20,279 bases of DNA from Promethearchaeota archaeon (GCA_048939995.1 JBHLOY010000028.1:1-20279); one strand, 5' to 3'. Counted from the first letter of the stretch, positions 7,333 to 15,093 are shown. The notes: generated by a model from the sequence alone, not told the origin. Translations and numbers: made by a program.

Positions 7333-8952
7333 ATGAATTTTCTGGGGTTAGACTGTTCAACGCAATCGTTCACAACAATTTTAATTAATTTCCATACTAT
7401 AGTCTACAAAAATACAATCATCTTTGATAGAGATTTACCTCATTATAATACAAAAAATGGAGCATATTTCTTTGAAGATACTAAGAAAGTCCACTCAAAT
7501 CCTCTTATGTGGATTGAAGCATTAGAGCTAGCTTTTACACATTTAATGAATACTGAATTTGAACTGAAACAAATAAAAGCAATTTCAGGCTCAGGACAGC
7601 AACATGGAACAGTTTATTTAAATCGCAGTTTCGAAAAAACTCTGCAATCATTAAATCCTAAAATATCCTTAAAGGAGCAATTAAGAGATGCTTTTTCAAG
7701 AGAAACAAGCCCGATTTGGATGGATTCAAGTACATATAAGCAGTGTCAGGAGATTCGCCATAAATTAGGTGGTTTAAAGCCAACAATCAAAATTACCGGC
7801 TCAAACACATTCGAGAGATTTTCTGGCCCTCAAATTAGAAAATTTTATCAAGAAAATCCTGAAGCTTATGCCAAAACATCAATTATTCACTTAGTAAGTT
7901 CCTTTTTGGCATCTGTGCTCTTAGGGAGGAATGCCCCAATAGATCATGGCGATGGCGCGGGTATGAATTTAATGAATATTAAAACAAAACAGTGGGATCG
8001 AAGAGCTTTAGAAGCTACAGCTCCTAACTTAGGGAAAAAATTACCTTTACTTTGTAATTCTTATAATATTTGTGGTGTAATTTCTCCCTATTTTGTAGAA
8101 AGATATGGTTTTTCTCCTGATACTCGTATAATTGCATGGTCTGGTGATAATCCAAATAGTTTAATAGGAGTTGGAATAACAGGAAAGGGAAAAGCAGCGA
8201 TTAGTTTGGGGACTAGCGATACTTATTTTGGTTATATGAAAAAATTATCTTATGATCTAAGTGGAGAAAGTCATGTATTCGGTGCTCCGACTGGAGACTA
8301 TATGAGCTTGATTTGTTTCAAAAATGGTTCATTAACACGTGAGGAAATTCGGAATCAATATAATCTTTCATGGGTTCAATTTTCTGATATCTTAAATAAA
8401 ACTCCTCCTGGAAACTATGGAAAAATTATGCTTCCATATGTTTTCCCGGAAATTGTGCCTCTTATATTGGAACCAAAAGTATATCGTTTTGGATTTGAGG
8501 AAGATGATGTTGAAGGAAATATTCGAGGAATTATAGAGGCACAATTTCTTTCTATGAAGCTTCATTCTAGATGGATTGAAGAACAGCCAGATGAGATATA
8601 TGCAACAGGAGGAGCCTCTGAAAATAGAGAAATAATACAAGTACTTTCTAACGTATTTAATAAACCAATTAGAATCTTTGATATTTCTGATTCAGCTGCA
8701 TTAGGAGCCGCACTCAGAAGTGTTAAATCATATTACGATTCTCTTGAAAATGGAAAAACTTGGTTAAGCATGATTGATGAATTTTTAGAGTTCCAAAATA
8801 GTGAATTTATAAAACCTCAATCAGAATATAAAGAATTGTACGACGACATGCTTGAAGTATATAGAAATTGTGAAAACTACGTTTTAAAAAAGGGAGAAAA
8901 TCCAGAAAAACTGAGAAAGAATTTCATTAAAAAGCATTTTAAATTCATATAA
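7333..8952 (+). CDS. xylB: FGGY-family carbohydrate kinase, eukaryote-type xylulokinase (XYLB/Xks1-like)
   Basis: LGLDCSTQS, SGSGQQHGTVY, SPIWMDSST, ERFSGPQIRK, IHLVSSFLAS, DGAGMNL, SGDNPNSL, ISLGTSDT, CFKNGSLTRE and ATGGAS motifs. Confidence 0.85.
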   Translation: MNFLGLDCSTQSFTTILINFHTIVYKNTIIFDRDLPHYNTKNGAYFFEDTKKVHSNPLMWIEALELAFTHLMNTEFELKQIKAISGSGQQHGTVYLNRSFEKTLQSLNPKISLKEQLRDAFSRETSPIWMDSSTYKQCQEIRHKLGGLKPTIKITGSNTFERFSGPQIRKFYQENPEAYAKTSIIHLVSSFLASVLLGRNAPIDHGDGAGMNLMNIKTKQWDRRALEATAPNLGKKLPLLCNSYNICGVISPYFVERYGFSPDTRIIAWSGDNPNSLIGVGITGKGKAAISLGTSDTYFGYMKKLSYDLSGESHVFGAPTGDYMSLICFKNGSLTREEIRNQYNLSWVQFSDILNKTPPGNYGKIMLPYVFPEIVPLILEPKVYRFGFEEDDVEGNIRGIIEAQFLSMKLHSRWIEEQPDEIYATGGASENREIIQVLSNVFNKPIRIFDISDSAALGAALRSVKSYYDSLENGKTWLSMIDEFLEFQNSEFIKPQSEYKELYDDMLEVYRNCENYVLKKGENPEKLRKNFIKKHFKFI

Positions 8953-9017
8953 CATTTATATACTGTAATAATAAAATTGTTCTATCTTAACTAAATATTA
9001 AAGTAGGTGTTTTATTA

Positions 9018-9533
9018 ATGGAAATTAGAAAAATCTTATGTCTTATAAGTGGTATTTTAACTCTTGTTGCAACATATGTTTTTGCTTGGTTTATTGTTGA
9101 CATATTGGGTACTAATTATTATGGTCATGGTATAGGAGTAATAATGAGCCTTCCGGATACATTTGCAAATGCTGAAACAATTGCTATTAGTTGGGGTGTA
9201 CCCACTTTCGCGATTTATATTGTAGGAGGTTGCCTTATATTCTTCTTAATTTCAGGAGTTATAATGCTACTTGGATTAAAATATCGAATATTTGCAATTA
9301 TCGGATCAATAATGCCTATCCTTATAGCAATTGCTATTATCACAGGTCCTTTCAATGCTCCTCCAAATCTTATAGATTATATATCACTGTTTTCGAGTGA
9401 AAGTTTGGGAGGATTTCCCGTAAATCTAGCAATTGGACCTTCAGGATTCGGAGCCTCTGTATCATTAGGGAATTATTTATTACTTGGAGGAGGAATTTTA
9501 GGCATCATTAGCGGATTTTTACCTAAAGACTAA
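9018..9533 (+). CDS. Hypothetical membrane protein (about 4 TM)
   Basis: Four long hydrophobic segments; AGGTG RBS upstream. Confidence 0.8.
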   Translation: MEIRKILCLISGILTLVATYVFAWFIVDILGTNYYGHGIGVIMSLPDTFANAETIAISWGVPTFAIYIVGGCLIFFLISGVIMLLGLKYRIFAIIGSIMPILIAIAIITGPFNAPPNLIDYISLFSSESLGGFPVNLAIGPSGFGASVSLGNYLLLGGGILGIISGFLPKD

Positions 9534-9635
9534 GATAATATATAAAAGAGGAAATTTTAAGAAAAAAAGTAAATAATTTTTTTTTAATTTTCCATAAAAG
9601 ACTTAACCAAAAAACTCTTTTATTGATTTATAACT

Positions 9636-9776
9636 ATGTCCATCAAATTATTTCAAGGTGCAAGAAAAAGGAACATCCTTCTCATAATTTTAGCTACAAT
9701 AATTACCGTTTCAGTAATAATGGTCTTGATATTATTAATAATTTACTATTCTGATATTACTGGTGGAGGGGGATGA
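9636..9776 (+). CDS. Small single-pass membrane protein (46 aa), not in the ORF track; the terminal UGA may encode Sec
   Basis: MSIKLFQGARKRNILLIILATIITVSVIMVLILLIIYYSDITGGGG-TGA: basic N-region, about 25-residue hydrophobic helix and Gly tail. Confidence 0.6.
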   Translation: MSIKLFQGARKRNILLIILATIITVSVIMVLILLIIYYSDITGGGG

Positions 9777-9827
9777 ATATGTGCATCAATTGTGCATTCT
9801 TCTCTAAATATATTTACAAATCTAATA

Positions 9828-9887
9828 TGGGTATGACCCTTGGGAATAAATCTTAGTCTCAAGAGGACCCACCCAGCAAGGGTAACA
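9828..9887 (+). ncRNA. Structured RNA element: SECIS-like/K-turn hairpin, with an alternative stem + ACA fold
   Basis: GGG-UAU-GA-C[CCUUGGGA..UCUCAAGA]G-GA-CCC K-turn, with AAA 11 nt after AUGA. Alternative 7-bp stem ACCCUUG(9836-9842)/CAAGGGU(9877-9883) followed by ACA (9885-9887). GC-rich island in AT-rich intergenic DNA. Confidence 0.5.
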
Positions 9888-10011
9888 GAAAAATAATACC
9901 TCTAAGAATATCTTTTATAGTATGCTTGATTCTTATTTATTAATTAACAAAACCCTTTTAAATGCTTAATACCTCTTAAATTAAATCGTTTTGTTAAATG
10001 GTGAAAAATGT

Positions 10012-10809
10012 ATGTCAAAAGAGATCCCAGAAGCCGTTAAAGACGCACTTCGCAATATAGGACTAACTGATTATGAGATTGCCATTTATCTTACTCTTAT
10101 TGTAAAAGGGCCAATGGATGCTCGGGAATTATCAGAAGCGTCAGGAGTGCCCTACTCGCGTATATATAATATTCTAACACAGTTGGAAAAAGAGAAAATG
10201 TGGATAATTAAAGAAGAAGAATCGAGACCTAGTCGCTATTTTGCCAAATCTCCAGATGAAGCACTTGTGATTGCCAAAAAACAATATAATGACAGTTTTG
10301 ATAATTTTTCAAAAAATATAATTCATACTCTTACACCAATTTATCAATCTCATGATACTCCCATTAAGATTGCATTATATATCCATAGAGGCAGAGACGT
10401 ATGTATAAATCGGAGTTTAGCTCTGATTAATATGGCTAAAACAGCAGTTTATTTAATTGCTCCCGAGTATGAATTTTTAGAAGTTTTTCACCAAGACATG
10501 AAAAAAGCTCGAGCGAGAGGCGTTACAGACATCAGAATCTTAGTAGAAGAATCAGCTTTGAAAGATGACAAATTTAAGGAAATTCTCAAGAAATATAGTG
10601 AAATTTCAGAAATTAAGACTAGAGATCAAGTTTTTGGTACAGCTGTTATTATGGATGAAGGAGAAGATGCTTTTCTTATTTTAACACAGAAAATTTTCAA
10701 AAAACTTAGTTATTTTGGGGCTGTAACTGATCATATTGCTTTTGGACCAGCCGCAAATTACTATTTTAGCTATCTTTATGATACTGCAAAAATAGCCCAT
10801 ATTAAATAA
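10012..10809 (+). CDS. TrmB family transcriptional regulator
   Basis: LRNIGLTDYEIAIYLTL, ARELSEASGVPYSRIYNIL and SRPSRYFAKSP motifs; PLD-like effector domain. GGTGA RBS favours ATG 10012 over TTG 9991. Confidence 0.9.
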   Translation: MSKEIPEAVKDALRNIGLTDYEIAIYLTLIVKGPMDARELSEASGVPYSRIYNILTQLEKEKMWIIKEEESRPSRYFAKSPDEALVIAKKQYNDSFDNFSKNIIHTLTPIYQSHDTPIKIALYIHRGRDVCINRSLALINMAKTAVYLIAPEYEFLEVFHQDMKKARARGVTDIRILVEESALKDDKFKEILKKYSEISEIKTRDQVFGTAVIMDEGEDAFLILTQKIFKKLSYFGAVTDHIAFGPAANYYFSYLYDTAKIAHIK

Positions 10810-10854
10810 ACAAAATAAATTTCTAATCTAATCTTTCTTCAGGAATTTCAGATA

Positions 10855-11109
10855 TTAGAATTTAACTGTAATGGCTTTTTCGGGGCAAATCTCAACGCAT
10901 TTAAAGCAGCGTGTACACACAGAAGGCCATATCGCAGTAATTTTCCAATGTTGTGGATCATAAACGTTCTCTTCTTTAGCCTTTAGATCTTCATGCCTTA
11001 AAAAGACACAAGGATCGCATACTTTAAGGCATTTTTTACAATCTCTTGGATCGATCCTCCCTTCAGGACCACATTTAGAATAATCAATTTTAATTTTGGT
11101 TTTACTCAT
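10855..11109 (-). CDS. Ferredoxin-like 4Fe-4S protein
   Basis: C-x10-CKKCLKVC and CTRCFKCVEICP cluster motifs; GGTGA RBS just upstream. Confidence 0.85.
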   Translation of the reverse strand: MSKTKIKIDYSKCGPEGRIDPRDCKKCLKVCDPCVFLRHEDLKAKEENVYDPQHWKITAIWPSVCTRCFKCVEICPEKAITVKF

Positions 11110-11117
11110 TTTATCAC

Positions 11118-11990
11118 CTAATAATGTCCATTAAATCCATGAAATTCTTTTCTAGGAATAAGCTGTAAAGCATCATGTTTACATGCATGACGACAAACTC
11201 CACATCCAAAACATTTATCATAATCAACAATTACCCTTTTAATAGATGGAATGAAGCGGATTGCATTCCATTGGCACATCACTACACAAGACTTACATCC
11301 TTGACAATTATCTTGATTTAAATTGATGATATATTCCGCTTTAGACATGATCATGAGATCAAAGTCATTCCTTAAACGTAATGCGCCACACTCAGGACTT
11401 TCACAATTACAAATTGCATTTATGTATGGATATGGTTGATACCATACAGTAGATACTAATCCGTTTTTATTATGTTGTTCCATTCTTTCCACAGCTTCTT
11501 CTCGAGTTATTCTATATGCCCTTTCTTTCGGGATAAACCTCGGAAGTTTCTCCAAAACTTCTGAAAGTACACCAAAGTTAATACAAGATTGATAATTTAT
11601 TCCCCGTTGCATCTTTCGACACATACAATATGTTTCTACGATTGGTTCTGCTGCAAGTTCTGAAAGTATAATCTGAGCATCCTCCATTGGTATAACTTGT
11701 CCAATGTGACCATCAGCTCTAATCGGGTTAGGCTTTCTTATTGTTCCATGGATCATTCTCTCAACAGACCATCTCAAAATCTTCCCAATGAGTGGTATTT
11801 GTAATTTATATCCTAACCCTTTAGATGACAATCCAGCAATTTTTCTAATGTACACTGCTTCAAAATTCATCCATTGTTCAGTTAAGTATTCGCGAAAGGT
11901 ATCTTCATCGCCAAGTTCACTAGCAGAATAATTTTTAGCATTTAAATACCATTTCTGCCCAATCCCGTGTTTCATACACCAACGGCACAT
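11118..11990 (-). CDS. 4Fe-4S dicluster-domain protein
   Basis: N-terminal MCRWCMKHG, CMCR and ICNC..PEC motifs; C-terminal CQGCKSCVVMC and CFGCGVCRHAC. ATG 11990 (after GAGTGA) preferred over GTG 11999. Confidence 0.85.
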   Translation of the reverse strand: MCRWCMKHGIGQKWYLNAKNYSASELGDEDTFREYLTEQWMNFEAVYIRKIAGLSSKGLGYKLQIPLIGKILRWSVERMIHGTIRKPNPIRADGHIGQVIPMEDAQIILSELAAEPIVETYCMCRKMQRGINYQSCINFGVLSEVLEKLPRFIPKERAYRITREEAVERMEQHNKNGLVSTVWYQPYPYINAICNCESPECGALRLRNDFDLMIMSKAEYIINLNQDNCQGCKSCVVMCQWNAIRFIPSIKRVIVDYDKCFGCGVCRHACKHDALQLIPRKEFHGFNGHY

Positions 11991-12223
11991 ATCTATCACT
12001 CTTTTAATTTAAGAAAAATTAATAATCTATTTCCTAATTATTTGTATTAGTTATACATTAATTTTTAACTTATTTAAACTTTTTAACTTGCGACTTCAGG
12101 TAAGAATTATTAGTTCAAAAAATTAAAGACTGGTCTATTAAACTTTTAAGAATGATATTATAATTTATTTTTATTAAGAAATACTATATTAAATCAATTG
12201 AAATATTAAGGCTAGGAACTAAA

Positions 12224-12808
12224 ATGTATTGTCCAAATTGTGGTGAAGAGTTAAGAGATGAAAACCAAAGATTTTGTAGTCGTTGTGGAAGCAAAATTTC
12301 ATCTTCAAAGGAAATAGTTGAATTAGAATCAGAGCCAAAAAAAGAAACAATGCCAATAGTACAACAATCAAAACAAATATCCTCTGAAATTTTAGTTAGT
12401 CCCCAAAAAACACCAGTTAAAGGTGCTGTAGGACCTTATTCGAAAAAAAGTCTAGCTGATGGGATAATTTCGATAGGCATAACTGTAGTTGCTCTTTATT
12501 GTAGTTTTATTGTGTTTATGGTTGCAAGAACATTAACGCCTTACCTTCCATTATTCAGTTGGAATCCTGTAACTCGTCGAACAATTATGTTAACGATCTT
12601 AGCAGTTATTTATCTTGTCGGATTAATATTAGCAAATGCTGCAAGATCAAATAGTAAGAAGGCAAGAAGCTATGAACCTGAAAATGGTATTCAAAAAGCA
12701 GGGAATGTACTCGGAATAATCGGGACAATTATTAATTCAATAGCTATAGCAGTTATCTTGATAACTCTCTTTACCAGCATATTAAATTACGTACTGATCT
12801 TATTTTAA
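12224..12808 (+). CDS. Zinc-ribbon domain membrane protein (3 TM)
   Basis: MYCPNCG...FCSRCG zinc ribbon, a low-complexity linker and three hydrophobic helices. Confidence 0.85.
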   Translation: MYCPNCGEELRDENQRFCSRCGSKISSSKEIVELESEPKKETMPIVQQSKQISSEILVSPQKTPVKGAVGPYSKKSLADGIISIGITVVALYCSFIVFMVARTLTPYLPLFSWNPVTRRTIMLTILAVIYLVGLILANAARSNSKKARSYEPENGIQKAGNVLGIIGTIINSIAIAVILITLFTSILNYVLILF

Positions 12809-12957
12809 TTTTTTTTTTCCAGTTTAATTTTTTTTGTCCTTAAATGTTCCATCATTCCAGAGCCAATTTCTCCAGTATCCATATTTTTCATTATTACCAT
12901 TTGTTCAAAAAGTTCTGTGACTCCTTCTGAAGATTCTCTTGCAAACCGAATAAAAAG
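12805..12957 (-). pseudogene. 3'-end relic of an unknown gene (beta-strand-rich C-terminus ending ..GEIGSGMMEHL..)
   Basis: 50 open codons LFIRFARESSEGVTELFEQMVIMKNMDTGEIGSGMMEHLRTKKIKLEKKN*, with no 5' part. The stop overlaps the convergent gene's stop (TTAA 12805-12808). Confidence 0.45.
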
Positions 12958-13119
12958 TTAAAATTGATCCCAGACTCTAAGGGCCAATCAACTATATTAA
13001 TAGATACCGAGGAATATCTCAGGAAGAAATGTTCAATCAATCAAGAAAAAATTCAGGAATTATATCAATTAGGATTAAAAATTGAAAAAAAATTCAACTA
13101 TCCCCTTTATGATTTTTAG
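12949..13119 (+). pseudogene. Internal fragment of a PEP synthase/PPDK nucleotide-binding (PPDK_N) domain
   Basis: NKKLKLIPDSKGQSTILIDTEEYLRKKCSINQEKIQELYQLGLKIEKKFNYP(LYDF*) matches the segment that precedes the conserved PQDIEW motif, which is missing here. Confidence 0.65.
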
Positions 13120-13147
13120 GAATATAGAATAAAAATAGAAGGAATTT

Positions 13148-13594
13148 TTATTTAAGAAAAGCTCTTTTGCCTAAATATATGAAAAGTTCTGCTAATTCAA
13201 ATAAAGTAAGTGGATAAACTAACTGAGCCATGTCATTTCTTAAATCTTGTTTATTCTTACCTGCCGTGATTAATTTCTTTATATCTTCTACATAATCATC
13301 CATATTTAAGAATAATATTTCTATTTTGTCTGTACCCGTAAGTTCCGCTATTTCTTTATCTAAATGCTTCTCAACTTGATTTAATAAACCAAGCTTGAGT
13401 CTTGGGTCTAAACTGTATTTCTTTATTAAACGATTCATTTCTTCCAAGATGATATTTAAGCTTAGATTCCAATCCTTGTTTTCTTTGTATCGTACTATTA
13501 AAAGCTCTCCAATAATTGTCTCAAAAAGATTTTTCGGAACTTTTTCATCGAATTCAAATTCTATTCCGTTACTTAACTTAATCTTTTGAACCAT
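13148..13594 (-). CDS. Hypothetical helical protein (~148 aa)
   Basis: GAGGT RBS 5 nt before ATG at 13594 (MVQKIK...). No family recognised. Confidence 0.75.
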   Translation of the reverse strand: MVQKIKLSNGIEFEFDEKVPKNLFETIIGELLIVRYKENKDWNLSLNIILEEMNRLIKKYSLDPRLKLGLLNQVEKHLDKEIAELTGTDKIEILFLNMDDYVEDIKKLITAGKNKQDLRNDMAQLVYPLTLFELAELFIYLGKRAFLK

Positions 13595-13846
13595 TCTATA
13601 CCTCAACTTTTTTTTTTCTTAATAAATAATAAACTATATTTTTTTTAATGTTTTGGTAGATGATATTCTTTTAAGTACTATTGTTTTGTGGTTCAACAGC
13701 ATATCACTCTTGAATTAAAGAAAATTTATTCAAAATAAGTTGAAAAATTTAAGTAAACTATGAAAAAGCTTAAAGATGAATAGATTCACCAGAAATAGGT
13801 TTTATAATCAACCAAATAAACCTTTTCAGTAATATAATTAAATTTA

Positions 13847-14000
13847 AGGAAGGAGGAGAATCGGAAACCACGATACTTTTAAATTTTAAAAAGAGGAGAC
13901 GATTTATCTAATAACAGGGTTAAGGGTTGAGGTATTTGAGCCTTCCGGCTTTAGGTATAAGAATATATTTTCTATCATGGCGTTCCGACTCGTTGTTGAT
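13847..14000 (-). ncRNA. Putative novel structured small RNA (~150 nt)
   Basis: 18-bp end-closing helix (13973-13991 with 13858-13875) whose three non-WC pairs are G-U only on the minus strand. AGCC-GGAA-GGCU GNRA hairpin and an upstream BRE/TATA. Confidence 0.65.
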
Positions 14001-14022
14001 AGTAAAATATTAACTAAGCTCA

Positions 14023-14040
14023 TATTTAAATGTTTATTTT
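14023..14040 (-). promoter_or_regulatory. BRE + TATA box driving the putative ncRNA
   Basis: Minus strand reads AAAATAAACA-TTTAAATA. An A at 14000 lies 22 nt beyond the TATA, a typical archaeal TSS spacing. No long ORF starts there. Confidence 0.55.
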
Positions 14041-14158
14041 TTCCTAGGACAAAAAGGAAAATCTAATAAAATTGCGCTGGAAAGAAGATTGTATTGAAAT
14101 GCTATATTATTAGCTAATTTCATAAAATTCCTCAAAAATTTTCTAAATTAATACATAA

Positions 14159-14974
14159 TTAGAAGATCTTTCTTCGAATTTTCTTAATTAATTTATAACT
14201 CAAACTTATTTCATTTTGTTTAACTAATTCTATTAATTCATTTAGAATTATATACATCCCATATTTCTTCTTGAAAGGGTCTAAAATTTCTTTTAGAAAT
14301 CTCTTTTCCTTCATAACTAGATTAGCTGTTGAACCAACTTGCTTCAAGATTTCTTCTTTTAACACAGATTTTAAATTCTTATCATAAAATCTAGCTATCT
14401 TAAACCCTGAGAATTCAGTGCATAACAACTTCCAGCTAGGTACATCTACAAAATTAGAATTACGATAAAAAAAGAAATAAAACCTTGACTTAAGCATACC
14501 TCTTTTCCTTTTGTCTAATAATTTAGAATAATGTATAGCAAATGGGGTTGTAATTGAAAATTTCTTTTTGAATTGAATAAAATTTATGTAATAAACGCGT
14601 CCACCATACATTTTATGTAAAAAGCTTTCAGCAGGACTGATTTTTATTCCTTTTTCATCTCTTGGTGCCTTAGGAGATGCAACACATGATCCTTTCCCGT
14701 GTAATATCCATAGTACATATATACCTTTTTGATTGTAATCTTTGGTCCTATGAATTATCTCTTTCACCGTTATTGGAGAATTTTGAATCTCAATTACAAC
14801 ATGTTGATTACTATTCAATTTAAAATATATGTCTGCAAATCTATTTCCAAAGTATTTTTCAAGAGAAATATTCACTATATCATTATTCTCGCAAACCTTT
14901 TGATAAATAAGTTCTTTAAGAGCTTTATGAATTTTAGATTCTGCTGCTGTACTAATAAAGGGAAGTTTTTTCAT
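14159..14974 (-). CDS. CoiA-like PD-(D/E)xK nuclease-domain protein
   Basis: ESKIHKALKE, E..FGNRFADI, VVIEIQNS and RTKDY..KGIYVLWI match the CoiA nuclease motifs. GGAG RBS upstream. Confidence 0.75.
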   Translation of the reverse strand: MKKLPFISTAAESKIHKALKELIYQKVCENNDIVNISLEKYFGNRFADIYFKLNSNQHVVIEIQNSPITVKEIIHRTKDYNQKGIYVLWILHGKGSCVASPKAPRDEKGIKISPAESFLHKMYGGRVYYINFIQFKKKFSITTPFAIHYSKLLDKRKRGMLKSRFYFFFYRNSNFVDVPSWKLLCTEFSGFKIARFYDKNLKSVLKEEILKQVGSTANLVMKEKRFLKEILDPFKKKYGMYIILNELIELVKQNEISLSYKLIKKIRRKIF

Positions 14975-15028
14975 TATCTCCCTATTTAAGAAATTTAAAT
15001 CTTTATAAAAAGTAGACGAGCTAAGAGA

Positions 15029-15093
15029 ATTTCTATTTTAAATAGAAATCCATTAGACAAAAATGGATATTATTTATATATCATCAATGATAT
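15029..15093. promoter_or_regulatory. Three adjacent palindromes plus TATA in a divergent promoter region
   Basis: ATTTCTATTT-T-AAATAGAAAT (15029-15049), ATCCATT-N7-AATGGAT (15048-15068), TTTATATA (15073-15080) and ATATCAT-CA-ATGATAT (15078-15093). Confidence 0.5.

Noticed and set aside
8392-9400. ORFs 8392..8640 (-) and 9191..9400 (+, alternative frame)
   Set aside because: Nested in the xylulokinase and membrane-protein genes. The Cys/Tyr richness of the second is the expected off-frame reading of hydrophobic codons.
13634-13702. 22-codon minus-strand ORF MLLNHKTIVLKRISSTKTLKKI
   Set aside because: Too short and featureless to separate from chance; the overlapping hairpin is reported instead.
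13858-13991. Interpretation of the 18-bp inverted repeat as MITE ends or as a Y RNA
   Set aside because: No target-site duplication, and the mismatches are strand-specific G-U pairs (RNA-level selection). The Ro60-binding GGUCCGA/UUGAC motif is absent.
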